A stretch of DNA of 63,976 nucleotides, filler included, from a bacterium (GTDB lineage Bacteria > JBBIVP01): assembly GCA_037439705.1 (NCBI GenBank). It is 5 parts of 5 records of this genome, joined end to end, with 100 filler letters (N's around TTAATTAATTAA, not from the genome) between each part and the next. Parts side by side here need not be neighbours in the genome. Positions count along the whole stretch, not along the records: positions 40,670 to 53,729 come from JBBIVP010000039.1; positions 53,830 to 63,976 come from JBBIVP010000067.1; 3 more parts are not named here. One strand, 5' to 3'. Position numbers and translations under genes: made by a program. Shown piece after piece: positions 51,067-60,654 of the stretch (its first letter is position 1; each line of letters begins with the position of its first letter). Below the pieces are notes generated by a model, which was not told the origin of the DNA, did not search any database, and saw only the letters and a program-made list of their open reading frames with translations.

Positions 51067-52252
51067 GGAATATCTCCTCCTCTGAAGAGAGTGGACTGGT
51101 GGTTTTCAATGTTTCAGGATGGAGTAAGGATGAGGAAAATTTTTTTCCTGAGAAAAACCTCTTTACAAATTTCTCCTTTTTCTCAAGAGGTACATATCTT
51201 AACCATATCAAAAGCCTTAGATACCAGAGTTTTTCCACGACTCCTCGGTAGGAATATGCCCTATCCATACCTTCCATTGCCCTTGGTGAAGGTGGTGGAA
51301 GGTATGGGAAGAGGTGGGGAAATATACCGAGTTTTATGCATTCCTTGATAATAAGTGTGCTCTTTTCCTCTTCAAGGATGAGTTTGTTTTCTGCAAGAAG
51401 CCTTTCCTGAGGCAGTTTCTCCAAAAGAAGATTTTTCTTCACACCTTCCATCTGAAGCAAAAAATCCTCTGAGATTTCAAAACAAAGCCTTATTGAAAGC
51501 CTTATCCCTCTTTGAAGCCTTGTTGGGTCTACATAAAATGATATGGGGGTAATCGGCGTGATAATTTTTCTTTCAATATCTTCAAGTCCACCGGTTACAT
51601 CAATCAAAAGGTTTTCTTTCAAATCAAAAATCAATGCATTCACCGTAAAATCTCTTCTGAACGGGTCCTCTTCTGCTTTTACCCATTTTATTACGGGATC
51701 TGCACCTGGAGAGGTATATAAATCTCTTCTCGCTTTCGCGAGGTCTATTCTTATACCCTGAAAATCAAGCGTGGCTGTCCCGAAGTGGGGATGGGTATTT
51801 TTTATGTTGCTACCGGTTTTTTTTGCCAGTTCTTTGGCAAATTTCAAAACATCACCTTCAACCATTATATCAATTTCTTTCGGCGGGATGGAAAGAATAA
51901 GGTCTCTTAAACTTCCTCCAACAAGGAAAACCCTTTCTTTTGATTCCATAAAAAATTTATTAAGCTTTTTAAAATCTGGAAAAAACTCGTTCAACTTCTT
52001 TAAAATTTCTCTCTCCCTTTTTTCTTTTTTCGTGTAGGAGGTTCTGCTGAATGTAAATTCCCATACAGGATTTGAACCGAGTCCCATCTTCAACGCCTCT
52101 TCAAGGTATTTTTTCAGAATGAACCTTTCTGAAGAACCCTTTATAATTGCAATTTTACTTTTAAATTTTGCCATTTTGTTAACCGCAGAGGCAATCCTTT
52201 CATCAGGAGAAAAACTTAAAATTTCATTTTGCTCGCGGATGGTGCTCTTCAT
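51050..52252 (-). CDS. tRNA nucleotidyltransferase / poly(A) polymerase family protein with a degenerate CBS-like N-terminus
   Basis: LVGGSLRD, EID, HFGTA, RIDLA, EDPFRRDFTVNA and SF..DPTR motifs. Confidence 0.85.
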   Translation of the reverse strand: MKSTIREQNEILSFSPDERIASAVNKMAKFKSKIAIIKGSSERFILKKYLEEALKMGLGSNPVWEFTFSRTSYTKKEKREREILKKLNEFFPDFKKLNKFFMESKERVFLVGGSLRDLILSIPPKEIDIMVEGDVLKFAKELAKKTGSNIKNTHPHFGTATLDFQGIRIDLAKARRDLYTSPGADPVIKWVKAEEDPFRRDFTVNALIFDLKENLLIDVTGGLEDIERKIITPITPISFYVDPTRLQRGIRLSIRLCFEISEDFLLQMEGVKKNLLLEKLPQERLLAENKLILEEEKSTLIIKECIKLGIFPHLFPYLPPPSPRAMEGMDRAYSYRGVVEKLWYLRLLIWLRYVPLEKKEKFVKRFFSGKKFSSSLLHPETLKTTSPLSSEEEIFLEKFQ

Positions 52253-53126
52253 ATATCTTTTTTAATCTCTCTCTATTAACAAGGGTGTATATCTGGGTTG
52301 TTGTGAGCGAAGAGTGTCCGAGGAGGTTCTGAACGGAAACTATATCCGCTCCCCTCTCAAGGAGATGTGTTGCAAAGGAATGCCTTATCACATGTGGACT
52401 TATTTTTTCTAACGGGATTCCGCATTTTTTTGCATATTCCTTTATAATTCCCCAGAACCTCTGCCTTGTCATCCTTTCACCCCTTCTATTCAAAAAAAGA
52501 TACTCGCTTTCTTTCTTTTTGCCGAGAAGTTTCCCCCGACAACTTTCTATGTATTCTTTCACTCTCTCCATTGCCACCTCCCCCATTGGAACCAGCCTTT
52601 CTTTTTTCCCTTTTCCTTTGACTCGCACATATCCGTAGGTAAGGTTCACATCCTCAGCGCTTAAAGATAAAAGCTCGCTTACCCTCAATCCGCTTGCATA
52701 CATCAACTCAAGCATTGCAGAATCCCTCAATCCAAGTAGGGTTGAAGTATTTGTGGAAGAAAGCAGTCTTTCCACCTCTTCAAGTGTAAGCGGTTTTGGA
52801 AGACTTTTTTTGACCTTTGGAAGGACTATTCCTTTTACAGGGTCTTTTTTTATCAACTCCTCCCTCAGGAGATATTTAAAAAGTCCTCTAACCGCAGAAA
52901 AAATCCTCATTATTGAAGATGGAGAGTAGTTCATTTTATAAAGTTCTGCGACGAACGCCCTTATGTGCATCTTTTCCAAATTTTCAAGTTCTCCGTTGAA
53001 CTTTTCGTTCAAAAATTTTTCAAAGATAGAAAAGTCATTTGTGTAGGAAGAGATAGTGTTTTGCGATGCTCCTTTTTCAATCTGAAGGTAGGAAAGATAA
53101 TCCCTTATAGCCTTCTTCAATCTCAT
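52224..53126 (-). CDS. xerD: Site-specific tyrosine recombinase XerD
   Basis: RDSAMLELMYASGLRVSEL, KGKGKKERLVP, SPHVIRHSFATHLL and LGHSSLTTTQIYT...HHPR motifs. Confidence 0.92.
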   Translation of the reverse strand: MRLKKAIRDYLSYLQIEKGASQNTISSYTNDFSIFEKFLNEKFNGELENLEKMHIRAFVAELYKMNYSPSSIMRIFSAVRGLFKYLLREELIKKDPVKGIVLPKVKKSLPKPLTLEEVERLLSSTNTSTLLGLRDSAMLELMYASGLRVSELLSLSAEDVNLTYGYVRVKGKGKKERLVPMGEVAMERVKEYIESCRGKLLGKKKESEYLFLNRRGERMTRQRFWGIIKEYAKKCGIPLEKISPHVIRHSFATHLLERGADIVSVQNLLGHSSLTTTQIYTLVNRERLKKIYEEHHPRAK

Positions 53127-53328
53127 TTCGTTCTATTCTATCAAAAAAATGTTTTATTTAAAGTTTTGGGTTGAAAAGTAACAGGGGGGTTTTTCAAAAA
53201 TGAATTTCTTATAAAAACTTTCCTCATTGTCCTGACGAGATTATCCTCAAAAAAGGTTATCTTTTGTTCCTAACTCCTCTAACAGTTTGGCAACAAAACT
53301 CCCCCTTCCTGCCTGACTATGTTGATAA

Positions 53329-53517
53329 TTACAATTTAATTTCATTTCTTATTTTACCTATCTCTACTGCTCGGTAGTTTATTTGAAATTTAGTGTCACA
53401 TTTTAGGCACTCACAGAGTAATGTAATCCATTCGTTGTCATAATCTTCATCAAAAGAGATATATTCGGAACTCTTACAAGTAGGGCATTCAATATCTACA
53501 GGTTTTATGTTAGCCAT
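53329..53517 (-). CDS. Small Zn-ribbon-like hypothetical protein
   Basis: GGAGG SD then ATG 53517; CPTC and CLKC pairs; 62 aa. Confidence 0.65.
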   Translation of the reverse strand: MANIKPVDIECPTCKSSEYISFDEDYDNEWITLLCECLKCDTKFQINYRAVEIGKIRNEIKL

Positions 53518-53556
53518 TTTAGTACCTCCATTAGTTTTTAAACTCATAAAAGTTTT

Positions 53557-53727
53557 TCATAAAAGACCCACCTCTTGAAGAAATTTACTCCACGAGTCTT
53601 TTTCCCATTTTAGTTCATTAATTAGAATTAAATATCTTTCTTCCCGTACCTCGCCTAAGTAAGGCAGTATTGTACCTTTTTTAACAGGTTTATATTCACC
53701 TGTCTTAAAATAACCGCAAATTATACC
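53557..53727 (-). CDS. Partial hypothetical protein running off the contig end
   Basis: Open frame GIICGYFKTGEYKPVKKGTILPYLGEVREERYLILINELKWEKDSWSKFLQEVGLL*. Confidence 0.4.
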   Translation of the reverse strand, partial: GIICGYFKTGEYKPVKKGTILPYLGEVREERYLILINELKWEKDSWSKFLQEVGLL

Positions 53728-53729
53728 TT

Positions 53730-53829
53730 NNNNNNNNNNNNNNNNNNNNNNNNNNNNNNNNNNNNNNNNNNNNTTAATTAATTAANNNNNNNNNNNNNNN
53801 NNNNNNNNNNNNNNNNNNNNNNNNNNNNN
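53730..53829. other. Artificial contig linker
   Basis: N44-TTAATTAATTAA-N44. Confidence 0.98.
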
Positions 53830-54603
53830 AAAACCGAGTTTTGAAGCCATTTTTTTCTTTGAGATTCTCGTTTCCCATTTTCTTTTTTCCGAATGAAAAC
53901 ACCTTACTGATTGAAGATACGGAAGTTCTTTTCCCCAGATGAAAAAAGAGGATTCGGTCTTTCCTCCGCAATGGGAATGATAATAGGGTTCAATAAGCTC
54001 CCCTTTATATGTTAGAACTTCTCCCTTTGTGCTTTCTACAGCGAGAAGAACATTAGGAGACGTATTTTGAATGCCATTATAAACCTGATGTATATGGGTA
54101 GATGTCAGGTCATAAATGGAATCCCTGTTTTTCCTCAAAAGTTTATATGCGTATGTTCTTGCAGCAACCGCCTGAGCCTTTAATGCTTCAACAGGCCATC
54201 CCGAGGGGGTTTCCGATGCTACAACCCCTGTAATGTACCTTTCAAGGTCTATGTCATTTATTAAATAAAGGTGACCCTCTCTGAGAATTATCTCCATTTT
54301 TCCCGGATAAACCTTTCCATCCACCTCTATTATGTTTTTTTTATTTTTCACAATTATGTAGGTTTTCAAGATAGGTTTTTCATTCAAGAGTATTCCTGAT
54401 TCGTTGAATGATATTTTAAGCCTTCCTTGGAGTGGAGAGATAATCGGTGAATAGGAAAATGGGTCTATGACTTCAAGTTCATTGCCTGTGATTATAATTG
54501 ATGATGATGTCTTCAAAAGAATTCTGATAAAAGGAGGAAGAGCCTGTGCTTCTGTTAAGAACGGATATATCAATGGAAAGGATAATAAAAGAAGCCTCTT
54601 CAA
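53830..54603 (-). CDS. SpoIID/LytB domain lytic transglycosylase-like protein (3'-truncated)
   Basis: LERYITGVVASE, EALKAQAVAARTYA, QVY.G, YHSHCGG and PYLQSV motifs. Confidence 0.9.
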
Positions 54604-55556
54604 ACCGAAATGAATTTTATCAACGGCCCCTTTGTGATCCTTAAATTGGTCAATGATTTAAAAGGGATAACCTCTCCGTCAACAGCATATCCGTCCTGTG
54701 TAGTGATGAGGACTTCATTTGCCATTCCATTGAACGACTTTGTTCCTGGTAATCTTCCTGTCAGAAGTTGAAACAGATTTCTCAATATCTCTCTGTTCTC
54801 CATTGAGTTGGCAAGAAAATAAAATCCTTCCCTCGGAATTCCATTTGAATTGTAGAAAGGGCGAAACCACATCAGTGGATTTGGAAGGATTGTTGCCAGC
54901 GTGATCAGGACTTCTTTATAGGGATATGTATTACCGTCTATTATTATTTTTACTGGAATCTTTCTGAAATAGTTACTTCTCGGCCCTTCCCCTTTCATAG
55001 TTGAGGCAATAAATTCTGCCATAGCAGAATATACAACGCGCATTGTGCTTCTCATTCCTGGGGTATGTTCAAGATATCTTCTTGTAAGTTCAAACGCTAT
55101 TCCGTTGGTAAAGGTTATTCCGTAGATAGGTAATTTCAGTCTTTCATCTTCAATTTTCAAAACATTTGAATAATGAACCGATGGCTCTTTTCCCTTTTCT
55201 ATCACTCTGTTTATATACCTTCTTATAACCATTACAGGTCCTTCATGCATATTCAGATTTTTTGAAAGGACATTTGTAGCACCTCCTGGAACATGAAGGA
55301 TAGCTGGTTTCCAGTCCTCGCCAAATTTTAAAATCATATTTGTCAAAACTTTCTGCACACTTCCATCGCCACCGCATATAAGCAGGTGTTCAACTCCCTT
55401 TGATGAAAATTCGTCAAGAGTAGGCGGTATTTCTATAAGTTCGTTTGTAACTTTCCATATAATTTTCCCGGAGGTTTTTGACATAAGCCTCCACAAAAAC
55501 CATCTCGTCCTTTTTATTCTTGTAGCCTTAGCGTTTATAATTGCTCCTGTTTTCAT
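54600..55556 (-). CDS. Diacylglycerol/lipid kinase catalytic-domain family protein
   Basis: IIN, CGGDGS, PGGATN.LS and VDGE motifs. Confidence 0.8.
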   Translation of the reverse strand: MKTGAIINAKATRIKRTRWFLWRLMSKTSGKIIWKVTNELIEIPPTLDEFSSKGVEHLLICGGDGSVQKVLTNMILKFGEDWKPAILHVPGGATNVLSKNLNMHEGPVMVIRRYINRVIEKGKEPSVHYSNVLKIEDERLKLPIYGITFTNGIAFELTRRYLEHTPGMRSTMRVVYSAMAEFIASTMKGEGPRSNYFRKIPVKIIIDGNTYPYKEVLITLATILPNPLMWFRPFYNSNGIPREGFYFLANSMENREILRNLFQLLTGRLPGTKSFNGMANEVLITTQDGYAVDGEVIPFKSLTNLRITKGPLIKFISV

Positions 55557-55592
55557 TTTTTATAGTTTATAAAATGAAAAATAAAGAGTAAA
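55557..55592 (-). promoter_or_regulatory. Sigma70 promoter, leaderless arrangement (DAGK-like gene)
   Basis: TTTACT-17-TAAACT-7 nt-ATG. Confidence 0.5.
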
Positions 55593-55696
55593 GTAAAATT
55601 TGAACTGCATCTGGCGGGTCAGATTTTTAAAAAGCAGGCATTTTGAAGGAAATAATCCCTTTTCATAGAGATTATTTTTTAGGAACGCCGTTTTCC

Positions 55697-55732
55697 TTGA
55701 CTTTTATTTTTTGATTTTGTAAAATTTTATTA
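55697..55732 (+). promoter_or_regulatory. Sigma70 promoter, leaderless arrangement (barrel-LytR_C gene)
   Basis: TTGACT-17-TAAAAT-7 nt-ATG, no SD. Confidence 0.65.
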
Positions 55733-57328
55733 ATGAAAAAGTATTTTCCAATTTTTTTAATTTTATGTTTGCCTTCAAAGGTTTTTTCTCTCCCTTCTGT
55801 AAGTGGAGGAAGCGGGCTTGTCTTTTTGAGGTCTGCTGACCTTCTTTTGAAAAAACAATGGGATGTAAGCATTTTCAGTGATTTCCGTTTTTATTCTATT
55901 CCATCTGCTCACAAATTTTCCTTTTATGAACCAAAAAACGATTTTAATTTCTACACTCATTTCAATTACGGGATTATTGACGGTCTGGAAACAGGTCTAT
56001 CTCTTCCTTTCTATGTAGGAAGGGCACTTGACGGAGAAAGCACATCCGACTATTCGGGACTTGGAAATATCGGACTACATCTAAGGTATTCTCCGTTTCC
56101 GGGAAGGAAAAAGGAATCCTCCATTGCCTTTACCACTTATGTTTCTTTTCCGAGTTCTTCAAAAAAGGGAGAACTGGGAAGCAATGAGGTTAATGGAGGA
56201 ATTGAGTTAAATCTTTCAGGTTATTTTACCGAATCAAAATCTCTTGCAGGTCATTTCAGTATCGGCATTGATTATGCTGATTATTTTGAGGAAAACAAAT
56301 CAAATACCAACGCAGATATTGTTCCTGCTACGAGATTGACCGCGGGAGCCGGGATTGAATTTGCACCTATTCAATGGATGAGCCTTATGTTTGAGCTTTG
56401 GGGATGGAGGATTTTTTATGTAAGGGATGATTCCTTTGATGCAACCATAGGTTTGAGATTTCTTCCCCATGAAAACCTTTCTCTCGTTGCAGCAACTGCT
56501 TTCAGAGTTACAGATGAGTGGAAGGCAAATTACGATTTTATAGGCACAATTGGTATTTCATACATCTCGGGGGAGAAAATTTATTCCTACACTCCTTCTG
56601 CAAAAGTAGCAAAACCTGCAAAAGAGGAAGCACTTCCTCCTCCAGAGATAACAGTTAGAATTATGAATGCCTGTAAAGACGAGAGCGTAATAAAAACAAT
56701 AATGGATTCATCTACAAAACTCGGATTTAAAGTTGTTGGTGTGGGCGTTTATACAAAAGAAGTAAAAGAAACATCCATTTATTTCAATCCTGATAAAATG
56801 AAAGAAGCGCTTGACCTTTCAAGGGCTATTCCTGGCAGACAGAAAATAAAAAAGACAAAAGAACCCATGAAAACATCGGATATTCTTGTTATTTCAGCCT
56901 GCGATTTGCTTCCTCCGGAAAAAATTCCAGTTCCTGAGATTTCTCCACCACCTTCACCTCCACCTTCTCCACCATCTCAGGTTGTTCCTCCTCCACCATC
57001 TCCGCCACCTGCAGTTTTACCTCCTCCTGTTACTGAAGTTAAAAAATCAATAAAGGAATTGAGGATAGGTATTTTCAATGCCTGTGGAACACCAGGGCTT
57101 GCGAGGACTGCTGCAAAGACACTGATACTGAGGGGTTTGAATGTCACCCAGATAGGAGAGGCGGAGGTAAAAGGTTTACAGAGAACGAGGGTAATATATC
57201 GTCCGATATATAAGGAAGAGGCATTTGTTCTTGGAATACCTTTTTCAAAGAATCCCGAATTGATAGAAGACCCAAATTTAAAAGACCTTGAGGTACGAAT
57301 TGAGGTAGGATGCGAATATCGTCCCTGA
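55733..57328 (+). CDS. Exported protein: putative outer-membrane beta-barrel plus two LytR C-terminal-like domains separated by a poly-Pro linker
   Basis: Signal peptide; amphipathic strands ending GISY; two V.I.NAC...G..V..G....T...Y...A..L....V...CD/E units; PPPSPPPSPP linker at about 56940-57030. Confidence 0.65.
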   Translation: MKKYFPIFLILCLPSKVFSLPSVSGGSGLVFLRSADLLLKKQWDVSIFSDFRFYSIPSAHKFSFYEPKNDFNFYTHFNYGIIDGLETGLSLPFYVGRALDGESTSDYSGLGNIGLHLRYSPFPGRKKESSIAFTTYVSFPSSSKKGELGSNEVNGGIELNLSGYFTESKSLAGHFSIGIDYADYFEENKSNTNADIVPATRLTAGAGIEFAPIQWMSLMFELWGWRIFYVRDDSFDATIGLRFLPHENLSLVAATAFRVTDEWKANYDFIGTIGISYISGEKIYSYTPSAKVAKPAKEEALPPPEITVRIMNACKDESVIKTIMDSSTKLGFKVVGVGVYTKEVKETSIYFNPDKMKEALDLSRAIPGRQKIKKTKEPMKTSDILVISACDLLPPEKIPVPEISPPPSPPPSPPSQVVPPPPSPPPAVLPPPVTEVKKSIKELRIGIFNACGTPGLARTAAKTLILRGLNVTQIGEAEVKGLQRTRVIYRPIYKEEAFVLGIPFSKNPELIEDPNLKDLEVRIEVGCEYRP

Positions 57329-57888
57329 TTTTTTGCCTTTTTATTTTTTTATTTTCATTAAATTCTTCAGCGCAGGAAAAGGGTGAGGATGTGAAAACAA
57401 TGATAAAAAATGCCTTGAAGTTTTATGAGGAAGGAAATGTTCTCCTCACCCTCAGAGAGATGGATAAGGCACTGGAGATTATTGTTAAAGAGGCTGGAAA
57501 GAAAATAGAGAAAGCACTGCCTTCAGGTGGTGAAGTATGGTCTGCTGGTGAAACACAGATTTTAAGGTTTGGAAAGGGAGGAGTCACCGTGGTACGGACA
57601 TATACAAGTAAAGAAAAAAAGGATGTGAAGGTAAAGCTGAACATAACATTTGGTTCACCAATTTTGCCATACATAAATTCCCTTATGCAAAACGAATTTT
57701 TTTTAGAAAGAAAGGATGTGATTGATGTAGATGGTTTGAGAGTGCTTTTTATTGCTCTTCCTGATGAAAAGGGTTACGAATGTTATACGATGGTGGAGCC
57801 AGGATACCTTATAACCGTGAAGGGAAATATAACAAAGGAAAGCATAATAAACCTTTTAAAGTCTATTGATTACAGCAAACTTCATTGA
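57310..57888 (+). CDS. Hypothetical exported protein
   Basis: Signal peptide ending SSA-QE; 192 aa; overlaps both neighbours. Confidence 0.65.
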   Translation: MRISSLIFCLFIFLFSLNSSAQEKGEDVKTMIKNALKFYEEGNVLLTLREMDKALEIIVKEAGKKIEKALPSGGEVWSAGETQILRFGKGGVTVVRTYTSKEKKDVKVKLNITFGSPILPYINSLMQNEFFLERKDVIDVDGLRVLFIALPDEKGYECYTMVEPGYLITVKGNITKESIINLLKSIDYSKLH

Positions 57889-59171
57889 AGAAGCCGTTAA
57901 TTGTAACGGATTTTGATGGTACAGTTAATTTAAAAGATGTAAGTTTCAGTATATTGAATTACTTTACTAACGGGACATGGGAAGGAATTGATAAGGATTT
58001 TATAAGTGGAAAAATAGGTTCTTTAGAAGCCTACACAAGAATTTCAAGACTTCTCAAGGGAAATGAAGAGGAATGGAAAAGATATTCAAGGAATATAGCA
58101 GATGTAGACCCATGGTTTAAAAAATTCATAAAGGAAACATCAGATTTTCTTGAAGTGGTTATAGTGAGTGATGGATTTGATATCTACATAAAGGAAATTC
58201 TTCAAAAAGAAGGAATAAAAGGAATAGAGTTCTATGCCAATATAGTAGAATTTAAAGGTGATAAAATAGAAATCAAATTTCCATACCGTTCAGAGGAATG
58301 TGAGGAATGTGGAACATGTAAAAAAGAGATTTTGCTCAAAAAGAAAAATGAAGGATATGCTCCAGTAATATATATTGGAGATGGATATTCTGATAGATGC
58401 GCGTTTCAATATGCTGATTGGGTTTTTGCAAGAAGAACACTTGCAAAAATTATTATTTCAAAAAGAATTGGATTTTCCTATCTAAAAAGTTTTGAAAGCA
58501 TTTTAAGGTGGATAAAAGAAAGAAAGAAGGGAATAATTTTTGACCTTGATGGAACAATAATTGATTCCTACAGGCCAATAATAAAATCAATGAAAATGGC
58601 ATTAAGAGAAATGGGAGTAAACCCTCCTCAGGATGGTGAAATAAGGAAAATGGTGGGTATCCCGGTAAATGAGATTATGGAGAAATTTTTTAAATGTGAT
58701 GCTGAAAAAGGAGTTAAACTTTTTAGAAAATTTTATGGGGAGGAATTCAGAAACGGAACAAGGGTGATAAATGGTGTGAGAAAGGCGCTAAATGAACTGA
58801 AAAGGGATTATACCCTTGCCTTAATAAGCAATAAAAGCGAGCGGTTTGTGAAGGAAATCCTGAACTGGAAGAAACTTGATAAAATTTTTAAATTCTCAAC
58901 AGGAGAATCTGAAAGCATCCCGCCAAAACCATCACCGAGAATGCTTGAGGTGGCTATGGAATCTCAAAAATTGCTACCGTCGGAGTGCGTGTTTGTGGGA
59001 GATACCCATATTGATTTTATTACCGCTGAAAGGGCAAGGGTTGAATTTGTAGGAGTATATTCTGGAAGTGAAACCGCTGAAACCCTGTATGAACTTCGTC
59101 CTTCTTCCCTTCTTCCTAACCTCAGAGAACTTCTCAGGATGATGAAGGTGAGGGAGAAATTTTGGAGATAA
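57885..59171 (+). CDS. Tandem HAD phosphatase: MtnX-like HAD-IB domain fused to a Gph-like HAD-IA domain
   Basis: First domain: DFDGTV, VSDG, CEECGTCK, IGDGYSD. Second domain: FDLDGTIIDS, SNK, KPSP, VGDT..D. Confidence 0.85.
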   Translation: MKKPLIVTDFDGTVNLKDVSFSILNYFTNGTWEGIDKDFISGKIGSLEAYTRISRLLKGNEEEWKRYSRNIADVDPWFKKFIKETSDFLEVVIVSDGFDIYIKEILQKEGIKGIEFYANIVEFKGDKIEIKFPYRSEECEECGTCKKEILLKKKNEGYAPVIYIGDGYSDRCAFQYADWVFARRTLAKIIISKRIGFSYLKSFESILRWIKERKKGIIFDLDGTIIDSYRPIIKSMKMALREMGVNPPQDGEIRKMVGIPVNEIMEKFFKCDAEKGVKLFRKFYGEEFRNGTRVINGVRKALNELKRDYTLALISNKSERFVKEILNWKKLDKIFKFSTGESESIPPKPSPRMLEVAMESQKLLPSECVFVGDTHIDFITAERARVEFVGVYSGSETAETLYELRPSSLLPNLRELLRMMKVREKFWR

Positions 59172-59854
59172 AAAAATGCATTTTCCTTTCCGACCTTCAC
59201 ATTGAAACCGATAAAGAGATTGAAAAATTTTTAAAATTTATTAAAAAAACCGATGCGTCCGCAATTTTTCTTCTCGGTGACATCTTTGAGTTTTTTGCCT
59301 ACGATAACTCCATCTGTGTGAAAAAATATGAACATATTATAAATGAGTTAAAGGAGATATCTCTCCAAGGAAAAAAGGTGGTAGTTGTGGAAGGCAATCA
59401 TGATTTTGCTTTAAATGGAAAATTTGTTTCTGAAAGTAAAATAGAAATTTCAGAAAAGGAATACAGAATTGACTTAAACGGAAAAGGAGCGGTTTTAATT
59501 CATGGCGATGTATTTTTTATGAACAGAATTTTCAAAAGCATACTTACTTCCAAGATAACAAAAATAATAATTAAATTTATACCTGAAAACTTTGTGATGA
59601 AGTTGGGGTTCTGGTTTTCTTCACTGGGAAAGAATAAGAGAGAAATTGTTAAAGAAGAAATGATAGAAAGACAGATAAGATATCTGCTAAAAATGTTTAA
59701 AGATAGTGCCGAAATTCTTATTTCGGGACATCTTCATAAGCCTCTTATGAGGAAATTTTTACTGGGAGATAAAACTTTGCTCTGGATAAATCCAGGAGGT
59801 CCCGATTATTTCTGTGAGTACTGTGACGGGGATTTTTATATAAAACCCTATTAG
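59162..59854 (+). CDS. LpxH-like calcineurin-family metallophosphoesterase (UDP-2,3-diacylglucosamine diphosphatase-like)
   Basis: SDLH, LGDIFE, GNHD, HGD and GHLH motifs. Confidence 0.8.
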   Translation: MEIKKCIFLSDLHIETDKEIEKFLKFIKKTDASAIFLLGDIFEFFAYDNSICVKKYEHIINELKEISLQGKKVVVVEGNHDFALNGKFVSESKIEISEKEYRIDLNGKGAVLIHGDVFFMNRIFKSILTSKITKIIIKFIPENFVMKLGFWFSSLGKNKREIVKEEMIERQIRYLLKMFKDSAEILISGHLHKPLMRKFLLGDKTLLWINPGGPDYFCEYCDGDFYIKPY

Positions 59855-59856
59855 CC

Positions 59857-60654
59857 CTAACGGTAGATGGAAGAAGCAGTGTCGCAAAATTCTTTGAAAT
59901 TGAAAATCCCTTTCTCAGTTATAAATCCTTTTATTAAATTTTCAGGAATAATGTCAAAACCTTCTTCAAGTTTTTCCATTTTTTCTCCGAATTTATCAAG
60001 TCCCGTAAGGAACCACACGGGCTTTTGAAGGTTATGAAGTCTCAGACACAATTTCAGAGATGGCTTTCCGTTTATCACATATCCGTCGGAGGTTATTCCA
60101 TCTGCTCCGAGTATTCCACAATCCATCCCAGAAAGTTTTTTCATTTCATCGTCGGAGATGATAGATATTTTTGGAGATTGAATTGTCAGGTATTTTTTTC
60201 CATAGGAGATATGTCCCACCCTCACCCTTGACTCACATACAAAAACATTCTTGAGGTCATTAATGAATTTTTTCAAAAATCCTTCTACAATAGAACTATA
60301 ACTGCATGTAATTATTGTTGAGTTTTTAAGAAATCGGGCATTTTCTATTATTTTTATGTTTCTTTCCTTAATTTCAGCTGTGTATAGGGAGAGAATTTTT
60401 AAAGCTTCTGTTCTGTCTTCTGTATTATAAAGGAGATTTCTCAGCCTTTTAGCATGATTTGCCAGTGGAAACATTGATGGACGAACCTTGGAGATTATTT
60501 CAACAAGTTCATCTATTTTCTCATTTTTGTTTTCAACTTCATCAATAAATATCCTGAATGCTTCGATCACCTCAAAGACAAGTTCGCTTGCTCCCTTTTC
60601 TCTGTCATTTTTTATTGATTCAATTTTTCCCTTTACCCTTTCAGGGATTTCCAT
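59857..60654 (-). CDS. eIF-2B alpha/beta/delta-like family protein
   Basis: DR..GASEL, RPSM, T.SYSS, VCESR, GADGI and EGFDIIP...FITEKG motifs. Confidence 0.78.
   Translation of the reverse strand: MEIPERVKGKIESIKNDREKGASELVFEVIEAFRIFIDEVENKNEKIDELVEIISKVRPSMFPLANHAKRLRNLLYNTEDRTEALKILSLYTAEIKERNIKIIENARFLKNSTIITCSYSSIVEGFLKKFINDLKNVFVCESRVRVGHISYGKKYLTIQSPKISIISDDEMKKLSGMDCGILGADGITSDGYVINGKPSLKLCLRLHNLQKPVWFLTGLDKFGEKMEKLEEGFDIIPENLIKGFITEKGIFNFKEFCDTASSIYR

Noticed and set aside
52224-53126. Tyrosine recombinase as a phage or integron integrase
   Set aside because: The sequence is typical chromosomal XerD (LELMYASGLRVSEL, TTQIYT, HHPR) with no integron-integrase insertion, and it is coupled to a housekeeping gene.
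55600-55695. Short hairpins (ATCTGG-CGGG-TCAGAT; TGAAGG...CTTTTCA) between divergent promoters
   Set aside because: Weak stems with no recognisable RNA family and no second copy; insufficient support.
56935-57030. CCT/CCA/TCT-rich quasi-tandem repeat
   Set aside because: It simply encodes the poly-Pro linker of the barrel-LytR_C protein.
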